42,799 bases of DNA from Bacilli bacterium. GTDB lineage: Bacteria; Bacillota_I; Bacilli_A; RFN20; CAG-826. Below, one piece after another: positions 23,861-31,459 of the stretch; position 1 is the first letter of the stretch, and each line of letters starts with the position of its first letter. The notes under the pieces were generated by a model that searched no databases, was not told where the DNA came from, and was given only the letters and a program-made list of their open reading frames with translations. A program made the position numbers and the translations under genes. Where the stretch lies: positions 1-42,799 of the forward strand of contig JAXFTN010000141.1 of the NCBI GenBank assembly GCA_034176765.1. Direction: 5' to 3'.

Positions 23861-24223
23861 CTAATCTACCTTATGTTCACACTTATGTTGAAAATCGCCT
23901 AAAATCTCATGTTCTATATTTTCATATATTTTTCTAACTTCCGAAAAAGCACTTAAGTATTCTTTTACTAAAGGATGCTCATCTAATTCTTTTTTAGCTA
24001 TATATAATTTATGTTGAAACTCTTTAGCTTCTTTAGAATCTTCTTTATAAATTTTTAAAATATCATTATATTCTGTTTGTGCATTAGAAAAACGATATGA
24101 CAATGCCATAACTTCTTCACTAAGTTCCATATTTTTCTCAGCTTCTTTTAGTCTTTTAACTTCATTAGAACTTTCTAATGCATCTTTTAATTCATAAGTT
24201 AAATTTAATATTGTTTCATCCAT
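23861..24223 (-). CDS. YlbF/YmcA-like helical protein
   Basis: 120-aa helical protein in the ylbF position upstream of rsmD-coaD. The heptad pattern and the C-terminal Cys/His are compatible with the family. Confidence 0.55.
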   Translation of the reverse strand: MDETILNLTYELKDALESSNEVKRLKEAEKNMELSEEVMALSYRFSNAQTEYNDILKIYKEDSKEAKEFQHKLYIAKKELDEHPLVKEYLSAFSEVRKIYENIEHEILGDFQHKCEHKVD

Positions 24224-24444
24224 TACAATAATTCTCGAGCTAGAGTCATCATTAAAGAAAAATCTTCAACTTTGTCTACAACTCTTTTCCTTCTTACTAT
24301 TTTATAGTCTTTTACGAATTCCTGAAAGTTTTCAGGATGTCTAGATAATTCACGATACCATTGTGGTTTTTCTCTTAAAAACTGCCAGTAATCTGTGTTT
24401 TTATCTAATTCTATTATAACAACTGAATGCATATTAGTCATCAC
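24223..24444 (-). CDS. YlbE-like small protein
   Basis: FLREKPQWYRELSRHPENFQEF resembles the YlbE-like motif (P-WYR-LSRxP). TAATG overlap with the next gene. Confidence 0.55.
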   Translation of the reverse strand: MMTNMHSVVIIELDKNTDYWQFLREKPQWYRELSRHPENFQEFVKDYKIVRRKRVVDKVEDFSLMMTLARELL

Positions 24445-24829
24445 TTCTTTTGTAAGGTTTACTCATTTTTCTTCTCGTAACCATCGGTTGTTCTTCAGGT
24501 TTTGTAACTTCATTTAATATATTTAATATTTTCTTCATTCCATTTAATCCATCACTAATCTTATTAACATCTATACCTGCAATAGTATCAAAAATATTAT
24601 TAGTTGTATTTTCATTTACTTTATTTGAACTTCTTTGATTTTCTTCTTCTTTATTACTTGAAACAATATCTTCATCTTCATTACTTTCTTCTTTAAATAG
24701 CTTATCATCAGGACCAAATATATCATATCGTTCAAAAAGTTCTTGCCATGTATATTTTTTTGTTTCTATCAATTTAAAAACATAACGATGATTTTTAATA
24801 AATTCTTTGAATTCATCAAGCTTATTCAT
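24434..24829 (-). CDS. YlbD-like (putative coat) protein
   Basis: LDEFKEFIKNHRYVFKLIETKKYTWQELFERYDIFGPDD resembles the YlbD-like N-terminal block. Synteny with ylbE/ylbF-like genes. Confidence 0.55.
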   Translation of the reverse strand: MNKLDEFKEFIKNHRYVFKLIETKKYTWQELFERYDIFGPDDKLFKEESNEDEDIVSSNKEEENQRSSNKVNENTTNNIFDTIAGIDVNKISDGLNGMKKILNILNEVTKPEEQPMVTRRKMSKPYKRSDD

Positions 24830-24941
24830 AACTATACTCCTTCCTTACATTATTAAAATATGCACTTATACAAATAAAGTATTCAAACCATAAACAAATA
24901 ATGCATAAATTCATATATTAAAATGTGGAGGTCTTTTTATT

Positions 24942-25115
24942 ATGTATTATTATGGACAAAATTATGGCTATCCAGGATATAATTCAAATTATATGTATCC
25001 ACAAACTCAAAGTAGTTACATATCATGGTTAGTAATTGCCATTATAATTTTTGTTTTATTAGTAATAATAGCAGCTCCAAATCGTTCTACTTCATCTAAT
25101 AATTCTTGCTATTAA
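24942..25115 (+). CDS. Unlisted 57-aa Tyr/Gly/Asn-rich single-pass membrane protein
   Basis: GGAGG lies 8 nt upstream of ATG 24942. Translation: MYYYGQNYGYPGYNSNYMYPQTQSSYISWLVIAIIIFVLLVIIAAPNRSTSSNNSCY. Below the ORF-track length cut-off. Confidence 0.55.
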   Translation: MYYYGQNYGYPGYNSNYMYPQTQSSYISWLVIAIIIFVLLVIIAAPNRSTSSNNSCY

Positions 25116-25166
25116 TATCTTTTGACATTTATATAAAAATCTAGTATTATTACTCAGGTGATAAAA

Positions 25167-25709
25167 ATGTTTAAAATAGTAAAAGACACAAATCAAAGTA
25201 TTAGAGAAAAAAGTAGTGATGTTGATTTACCACCTTCTAAAGATGATATAAAACTGTTAAAAAATATGATTAATTATTTAAAACTCAGCCAGGATGAAAA
25301 ATATGCTGAAAAACATAATATTAGACCTGGTGTAGGTTTAGCAGCCCCTCAAATAGGTATTAATCGAAAAATGATTGCTATCTATTATGAACTAGATGAA
25401 AAAAATAAGGTTGAATTAGGTTTAATTAATCCACGTATTGTTAGCAATTCTGTTAAAGAATGTTATCTTAAAAATGGTGAAGGTTGCTTATCAGTAGATG
25501 AAGATCATAAAGGATATGTTTATCGTTATTTTAAAATTACAGTAAAAGCTTTTGATGTTATACAAAATAAAGATATTGAAATCGTTGCTCGTGGATACGA
25601 CGCAATCGTTTTACAACATGAAATTGATCATCTATCAGGAATTTTATACTATGATAGAATCGATAAAAAGAATCCTTTCTTAAAAAAAGACAATTCAATT
25701 GAAATATAA
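25167..25709 (+). CDS. def: Peptide deformylase
   Basis: GVGLAAPQIG, EGCLSV and QHEIDHLSG motifs. Start set to ATG 25167 with an AGGTGA SD; the ORF-track GTG 25158 lies inside the SD. Confidence 0.95.
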   Translation: MFKIVKDTNQSIREKSSDVDLPPSKDDIKLLKNMINYLKLSQDEKYAEKHNIRPGVGLAAPQIGINRKMIAIYYELDEKNKVELGLINPRIVSNSVKECYLKNGEGCLSVDEDHKGYVYRYFKITVKAFDVIQNKDIEIVARGYDAIVLQHEIDHLSGILYYDRIDKKNPFLKKDNSIEI

Positions 25710-25744
25710 ATAATATTTAATATTTTTATCATAATTTTTTAATC

Positions 25745-25773
25745 TTTACAAAAGATAGATTTATTAATATAAT
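25745..25773 (+). promoter_or_regulatory. Sigma-A-like promoter for RNase J / maf
   Basis: TTTACA (25745-25750), a 17-nt spacer, TATAAT (25768-25773). Confidence 0.55.
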
Positions 25774-25828
25774 ATTGTAAACAATATTAAAAAGATAATT
25801 ACGCATTAATAAAGGAGGTTATTATTTA

Positions 25829-27502
25829 ATGGCGCCAAATTTAATAAGAACACCTATTAGTATTTATGCTTTAGGTGGTTTAGGTGAGGTTGGAAAAAAT
25901 ACATATTGTATAGAAAGTGAAAAAAGCATTATCATCATCGATGCAGGAGTTAAATTTCCTGATGCTGATCTTCCTGGAATTGATTATGTCATTCCAGATT
26001 ATTCTCATTTAAAAAAGAATAGAGGTAAAATAAAAGCATTATTTATTACTCATGGACACGAAGATCATATTGGTGGTATTCCCTTCTTAGTACAAAATGT
26101 ACATATTCCTGTAATATATGCTCCAAAACTTGCAGCATCTTTAATAAAAAATAAAATTCAAGAAAGTAGAATTAGAGAACCAGTTAATGTTGTTGAATAT
26201 AAAGAAGAAGACATTATTAAAGTTGCTGAATTTACAGTTCAATTTTTCAATGTAACACACTCTATTCCAGACTCTTTTGGTATTTGTGTTGATACACCTG
26301 AAGGCCGTATTGTTACAACAGGTGACTTTAAAGTCGACTTAACTCCAGTTGGACCAGATATTAATCTTCAAAAAATGGCTCGTCTTGGTACTGAAGGTAT
26401 TGATTTATTAATGAGTGATTCAACAAATGCTGAAATTGAAGGATATACTCCATCTGAAAAAAATGTTATTAGTTCTATTAACGATGTCTTTGCGAAAGCT
26501 CCTGGTCGATTAATTATCTCAACTTTCTCTTCAAATATTTCTCGTATTCAACAAATTGTTGAGGCATGTATCAAATATAATAAGAAAATTGTCATTATTG
26601 GACGTTCAATGGAAAATGCTGTAGCAGCTGCTAGAAGTTTCGGTTACATTAAAATTCCAGATTCTTCATTAGTAAATGCTGATGATATTAAAACTCTTTC
26701 ATATAATGAAACGGTTATTTTATGCACAGGTTCCCAAGGTGAACCAATGGCTGCATTATCAAGAATTGCAAATGGTGAACATAAAACAATTCATATTAAT
26801 CCTGGTGATACTGTCGTATTCTCCTCTTCTCCAATTCCTGGAAATGGAGCATTCATTAATAAAGTAATTAACCAGTTAACTAGAGTTGGTGCTAATGTTT
26901 TAACTAATTCCGTTTTCTATTCTTTACACTCTTCTGGTCACCCTTCAAAACAAGAATTAAGAATTGTTCAAAAATTATTAAAACCAAAATATTTTATGCC
27001 AATTCATGGTGAATATCGTATGCTTAAAATCCATGCTGATATTGCTGTATCTTTAGGTATGCCAAAAGAAAATACTTTTATTTTAAGTAATGGTGATACA
27101 TTATATCTTCAAGATCATGAAGTTACTTATGGTCCACGTATTCAAGCTGATGAAATTTACATTGATGGTCGTGATATTAATGGATTAAGCGCTAGTGTTA
27201 TCCACGACCGTAAAGTATTATCTCAAGATGGAATGGTTGCTGTTTCTATCGTTATTGATTCACGTACAAACCAATTATTATCTAGACCTAAAATAATAAC
27301 TAAAGGTTTTGTTCACGAATCAAATACAATATTAATTGATAAAGCTCAAATCAAAATAGAAACAATTTTAAAAGAATTAATGAAAAATAAAGTAACATTT
27401 GCTGAAATTAAATCTACTATTAAGAATACACTTGGACGTTATTTGTTTGCAAAAACACAGCGTACACCTTATATTATTCCAGTAATAATGAATAAAAACT
27501 AA
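25829..27502 (+). CDS. rnj: Ribonuclease J (metallo-beta-lactamase / beta-CASP)
   Basis: ITHGHEDHIGG zinc motif, beta-CASP blocks, 557 aa. AAGGAGG SD. Confidence 0.95.
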   Translation: MAPNLIRTPISIYALGGLGEVGKNTYCIESEKSIIIIDAGVKFPDADLPGIDYVIPDYSHLKKNRGKIKALFITHGHEDHIGGIPFLVQNVHIPVIYAPKLAASLIKNKIQESRIREPVNVVEYKEEDIIKVAEFTVQFFNVTHSIPDSFGICVDTPEGRIVTTGDFKVDLTPVGPDINLQKMARLGTEGIDLLMSDSTNAEIEGYTPSEKNVISSINDVFAKAPGRLIISTFSSNISRIQQIVEACIKYNKKIVIIGRSMENAVAAARSFGYIKIPDSSLVNADDIKTLSYNETVILCTGSQGEPMAALSRIANGEHKTIHINPGDTVVFSSSPIPGNGAFINKVINQLTRVGANVLTNSVFYSLHSSGHPSKQELRIVQKLLKPKYFMPIHGEYRMLKIHADIAVSLGMPKENTFILSNGDTLYLQDHEVTYGPRIQADEIYIDGRDINGLSASVIHDRKVLSQDGMVAVSIVIDSRTNQLLSRPKIITKGFVHESNTILIDKAQIKIETILKELMKNKVTFAEIKSTIKNTLGRYLFAKTQRTPYIIPVIMNKN

Positions 27503-28041
27503 TGTATATACTTGCTAGTCAATCTCCAAGAAGAAATGAACTACTATCACAGATTATTCGTGAATTTAAAGTCATTCCATCTAATATTGATGAGAATATA
27601 AAAGTTAATACTCCTGAGGAGTTGCCTTTAATGCTTTCTAAATTAAAAGCTGAAGAAATTTTTAAAACTCATCAAGATGATACTATTATTGCAGCAGACA
27701 CAATCGTTGTCTTAGATAAAAAAATTCTTGGAAAACCTAAAAATGAAAAAGAAGCTTACAAGATGTTAACTTCTTTATCTAATAAAAAACATGAAGTTAT
27801 TACCGGATATACTATTTTATCAAAAGAAAAATGCATTAGTAGAGCAATAAAAACTGAAGTTTACTTTAATAAACTAAACGAACAAACTATTAAAGAATAT
27901 ATAAAAACTGGCTCACCATTTGATAAAGCTGGTGGTTATGGAATACAAGATAAAGAGTTTAATCTTGTAAAAAAAATAAAAGGAAGTCTATCTAATGTAA
28001 TTGGTCTTCCTCTTGAAAGTTTAGCAAATGATATATTATAA
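27502..28041 (+). CDS. maf: Maf-like nucleoside triphosphate pyrophosphatase
   Basis: ILASQSPRRNELL, AADTIV and AGGYGIQ motifs. The start overlaps the rnj stop. Confidence 0.9.
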   Translation: MYILASQSPRRNELLSQIIREFKVIPSNIDENIKVNTPEELPLMLSKLKAEEIFKTHQDDTIIAADTIVVLDKKILGKPKNEKEAYKMLTSLSNKKHEVITGYTILSKEKCISRAIKTEVYFNKLNEQTIKEYIKTGSPFDKAGGYGIQDKEFNLVKKIKGSLSNVIGLPLESLANDIL

Positions 28042-28049
28042 AAGCACAA

Positions 28050-28090
28050 ACACTCCATTATGTCATATTTATAAATGGAGTGTTTTTTAT
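28050..28090 (+). terminator. Rho-independent terminator after maf
   Basis: ACACTCCAT (28050-28058) pairs with ATGGAGTGT (28075-28083). TTTTTAT follows. The right arm contains the only GGAG upstream of the next ORF. Confidence 0.65.
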
Positions 28091-28412
28091 GCAACCAGTT
28101 TATTTTATACCTAGCGAAGATGAATATTTGTATCGTAATGATGAACGTTTTATTGGTCCACTTCTACCTTTTTTAGGAGGTTTCCTACTAGCAGAAGTTT
28201 TACCACCATTTGCTCCATATAATTATGGAGGTTATCCTCAAAATCAATACTATAACCAACCTACACCTCCTTATTATCAAACAAACTACTCTTATCCTAG
28301 TGAAACAAATTCATATACAACTAATAATTATCAAGCATACCCAAAACAACCAAATATGAACTCATATTCATCGACATATCCATATTATAAATCTACACAA
28401 AGTTATTATTAA
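28089..28412 (+). CDS. Tyr/Pro/Asn/Gln-rich low-complexity protein (coat-like?), start uncertain
   Basis: 107-110 aa: ...PPFAPYNYGGYPQNQYYNQPTPPYYQTNYSYPSETNSYTTNNYQAYPKQPNMNSYSSTYPYYKSTQSYY. The Pro-rich composition argues against an AT-bias artefact. The SD is sequestered in the preceding terminator stem. Confidence 0.45.
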   Translation: MQPVYFIPSEDEYLYRNDERFIGPLLPFLGGFLLAEVLPPFAPYNYGGYPQNQYYNQPTPPYYQTNYSYPSETNSYTTNNYQAYPKQPNMNSYSSTYPYYKSTQSYY

Positions 28413-28478
28413 AAAAGATTTGTAGCAAGTCATATCATAAGTGATATCACTTAAAGATATACTTCTACAAATCTTTTT
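28412..28478. terminator. Long inverted repeat between convergent genes (bidirectional terminator candidate)
   Basis: AAAAAGATTTGTAG (28412-28425) pairs with CTACAAATCTTTTT (28465-28478). The 39-nt loop contains the internal palindrome GTGATATCAC. Confidence 0.55.
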
Positions 28479-28944
28479 ATTTTTCAAAATATTCTTTTAA
28501 TTTTAAAGCGTCTTCCCCAATAACAAGTGTTACTTTACTTGTCATTACGATTACACCTTCAACACCAATATTTTTTAAAGCATCAATATTCAATAAACTA
28601 TTATCTTTTAAAACAATACTTAATCTTGATCCACGTGCTGTCATTTCAACAATATTCTCTTTTCCACCTAGATTTAAGATAATTTCATCATAAGTACTAT
28701 TAATGTTTTTATCTTTATTTTTCTTTGATTCTTTTCTAAGTTTAGTATTTTCTTGATTTTTTTCTTTCTTCTCTTCATTTTTATTATCTTCTTTTGTTTC
28801 TTTAACTTTATCTAAATAAAATTTAACAATTAGACATGATAAAATAAAAATAAAGAATAAAAGAATAATTGCTACAACAACATAGAAAATATTTCTTTGT
28901 AACCAATCAGTTAAAAATAAATTCAATAAAACCATATATATCAC
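28477..28944 (-). CDS. Membrane-anchored protein with a PTS EIIB-like domain lacking the phospho-Cys
   Basis: N-terminal TM, then a Lys/Glu-rich linker. LNLGGKENIVEMTARGSRLSIVLKD...GVEGVIVMTSKVTLVIGEDA matches the glucose-family EIIB pattern (GGxxNI...CxTRLR...kD), but Arg sits at the Cys position. Confidence 0.6.
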   Translation of the reverse strand: MIYMVLLNLFLTDWLQRNIFYVVVAIILLFFIFILSCLIVKFYLDKVKETKEDNKNEEKKEKNQENTKLRKESKKNKDKNINSTYDEIILNLGGKENIVEMTARGSRLSIVLKDNSLLNIDALKNIGVEGVIVMTSKVTLVIGEDALKLKEYFEK

Positions 28945-29735
28945 TCCTTTAAAAATGACGATCTTAGTTTATCAATAAAATCACTATGTGAAAAACGTAA
29001 TAATTTAACTTTTCTTTCCGACATAAAAATATCTACTAATAATAGTTTACCATTTTTTTCATTAATTTTATTATCAAATCCAATAATTTCTTTATCAAAT
29101 GGGCCTTCAAAAATAATATGAGCATCATTTTTTAAGACAAGTGAATTACTTAAACTTGAATAATAATAATTATTTATAGGATTAATTTCAGTTAATTGAA
29201 GCAAATTTAACGATGTATCTATAACTGATCCATTACATGATTTATTATATCCTGTGCTTCCTAAAGAAGAAGAAACAAGTAACCCACTTCCCCTAAAAGT
29301 TTCAAGAAATTTATCGTTAATATAAACATTACATTCTAAAGTTTTAAAAGGATTTTCAATTCTTACTTCATTAATTGCATATATATTAGATTCTTCATTA
29401 TTATCATATTTTAAGGTGGCTTCTAATAGATTATGTTCTTCAATAAAATATTCTGAATTATTCAAAACATTATCTACTATTTCATCTAAATCTTGAGCAC
29501 TATATTCAAAGAAATAGCCAAGTGTTCCAGTCTTTATTCCAATAAAATAAATAGAATCTAATCTATCGATATACTTATGAACAGTTTTTAAAAATGTTCC
29601 ATCTCCACCAATAACAAAAACTATTTCTGGACATACTTCATCAGCAACAAAATTATTATTGTCTAAAATAATGCTTAATCTATTCTTTATTTCTTGTGAC
29701 TTTTCATTTTGTTTAGCTGAGATTGAATATTTCAT
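28941..29735 (-). CDS. nadK: NAD kinase
   Basis: VFVIGGDGTFL (GGDG motif), NEVRIE, and the Gly-rich block SSLGSTGYNKS. Confidence 0.85.
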   Translation of the reverse strand: MKYSISAKQNEKSQEIKNRLSIILDNNNFVADEVCPEIVFVIGGDGTFLKTVHKYIDRLDSIYFIGIKTGTLGYFFEYSAQDLDEIVDNVLNNSEYFIEEHNLLEATLKYDNNEESNIYAINEVRIENPFKTLECNVYINDKFLETFRGSGLLVSSSLGSTGYNKSCNGSVIDTSLNLLQLTEINPINNYYYSSLSNSLVLKNDAHIIFEGPFDKEIIGFDNKINEKNGKLLLVDIFMSERKVKLLRFSHSDFIDKLRSSFLKE

Positions 29736-29798
29736 ATTTTTCTCCTTTATCCTAAATCTATTTTATTGTATCATAATAAAGAAGGTAGGTTAATATTT

Positions 29799-30371
29799 AT
29801 GTCAAACAATATTGAAATAGAAGGCAAAATTTTAGTTACAGAAACGGAATTTGAAAGTTTATTAAAGTATTTTAAAAGAACTGATGAAGATAAAATTGTT
29901 CAAATTAATCATTACATTGATTCACAAGATCAACAACTTCGCAAATTAGGATTCGCTTTACGTATTAGAGAAAAAAATAATCATTATGTTTTAACTTTAA
30001 AAACTCCTTTAAGTGAAGGACTACTTGAAAAAGATCAAGATATTTCTAAAGAAGTATATAAATCATTTAAATATGAGAATAAATTTCCTGATGGTAGTAT
30101 TAAAAATTTTTTACTTATGTTAGGTCTAAATGTTGATTCATTATCAATTGTTACAAGTTTAAAAACTGAACGATATGATATTGATTATAATGGTGGTCTT
30201 TTATCACTTGATAAAAACACATATAATAACATCGTTGATTATGAGGTTGAACTTGAAGAAACATCTTTAGAAAGAGCTCAAGCAAATCTAAAAGAAATTT
30301 GTGAAAAAGTTAATATAGAATATAAAATCAATCATCTTTCTAAACAAGCTCGAGCAATGAATTCAAAATAA
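29799..30371 (+). CDS. CYTH-domain protein (YjbK-like triphosphatase/CyaB-like)
   Basis: IEIEGKILV (the ExExK motif) at the N-terminus. ~190 aa beta-barrel-type alternation. Start set to ATG 29799 with a GAAGGTAGG SD. Confidence 0.7.
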   Translation: MSNNIEIEGKILVTETEFESLLKYFKRTDEDKIVQINHYIDSQDQQLRKLGFALRIREKNNHYVLTLKTPLSEGLLEKDQDISKEVYKSFKYENKFPDGSIKNFLLMLGLNVDSLSIVTSLKTERYDIDYNGGLLSLDKNTYNNIVDYEVELEETSLERAQANLKEICEKVNIEYKINHLSKQARAMNSK

Positions 30372-30373
30372 AT

Positions 30374-30411
30374 AAAAGGTCTATAAAGCATTAGCACTTT
30401 ATAGACCATTT
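30374..30411. terminator. Bidirectional hairpin terminator
   Basis: GGTCTATAAAG (30378-30388) pairs with CTTTATAGACC (30397-30407). T-runs on both strands. Confidence 0.75.
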
Positions 30412-30846
30412 TTAGTTTTTCCTAACAAATTGTAAGTAACCTACTTCCTCAAAATTATTCTTTTTATATGCTTTAATAGCGAAAACATTATTTTTATCAA
30501 CTTCTAAACGTTGTATTGTATCTTTATAGTTTTCTTTAAGAAAATCAAAAAATAATGAACCTAATTTTTTGTGGCGATAATCTTCTTTTATATATAAGTC
30601 TTCTATCCAAATACATGGTTTACCAAATTCAGTTGAAAAACTTTTAGCTACCATAGCATATCCACAGATATTATCGTTTTCTTCAAAAACATAACCTTCT
30701 AAATAAGGGCAGGAATTAATGCAGTTATTAAAATCACTTTCAAATATTTCTCTACTTCCATTTGTAGAAACGGCTTCTGAAGCATAAAATACTGTCATCA
30801 TTTCAATAACTTCATCTTTGTCTTGTTCTTTCATTAATCTAATCAT
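30412..30846 (-). CDS. GNAT-family N-acetyltransferase (YjbC-like position next to spx)
   Basis: Acetyl-CoA binding block IKEDYRHKKLGSLFFDFL. Start set to the second ATG (30846), 7 nt from GGAG, giving a TAATG overlap with the spx stop. Confidence 0.75.
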   Translation of the reverse strand: MIRLMKEQDKDEVIEMMTVFYASEAVSTNGSREIFESDFNNCINSCPYLEGYVFEENDNICGYAMVAKSFSTEFGKPCIWIEDLYIKEDYRHKKLGSLFFDFLKENYKDTIQRLEVDKNNVFAIKAYKKNNFEEVGYLQFVRKN

Positions 30847-31295
30847 TAGCATTCTCCGTTTTCTTTTTTAAATTGAGCGTGTTCACATGTATCAAATTTT
30901 TCACAATTTTCTTTAGAACAAGCTTTGAAAGCAATCTCCCTTGCTTCACGAGGTATAAATGTACGAATTTCTTCTTCATTATATCCAACTTGAATACGAC
31001 GATCATCAACCATAATTGGTCTTTTTAGTATTGAAGGATTTTCTTTAATAAAAGTAATTAATTCGCTAATTTTCATATCGTTAATGTCGATATTTTTATC
31101 TTTCATAATTTTAGAACGTCCTGAAATAATATCATCTGTACCATTTTCAGATTTATTCAAAATTTCTTTTAAATCATTTTCATTTAAAACAGATGAAAAA
31201 ATATTTTTTTCTTCATATGGTATATTTTGTTCCTCAAACCATTTTTTTACTTTTCTACACGAACTACAACTTGGTGAAGTATAAATCTTAATCAT
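30846..31295 (-). CDS. spx: Spx-family (ArsC-fold) global redox regulator with extended Cys-rich C-terminus
   Basis: MIKIYTSPSCSSCRKVKKWFEEQNIPYEEKNIF...GTDDIISGRSK...LKRPIMVDDRRIQVGYNEEEIRTFIPRE is nearly colinear with B. subtilis Spx, including the CxxC. Start set to ATG 31295 with an AGGAGA SD. Confidence 0.9.
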   Translation of the reverse strand: MIKIYTSPSCSSCRKVKKWFEEQNIPYEEKNIFSSVLNENDLKEILNKSENGTDDIISGRSKIMKDKNIDINDMKISELITFIKENPSILKRPIMVDDRRIQVGYNEEEIRTFIPREAREIAFKACSKENCEKFDTCEHAQFKKENGEC

Positions 31296-31403
31296 AAAAC
31301 TCATCTCCTATTGTCATCAAATAAATTGTAAGTAATAATCAGTAATTTTTCAATGATAAAATTTATGACACAAAAGTATTTAATAAAAAATAATATAGTT
31401 AAA

Positions 31404-31432
31404 TTGACTTTATTGCTCGTAAAACTTATAAT
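31404..31432 (+). promoter_or_regulatory. Near-consensus sigma-A promoter of trpS
   Basis: TTGACT (31404-31409), a 17-nt spacer, TATAAT (31427-31432). The ATG is only ~27 nt downstream. Confidence 0.7.
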
Positions 31433-31459
31433 TTTACTTATTAAACGGAGGTTTAATTT

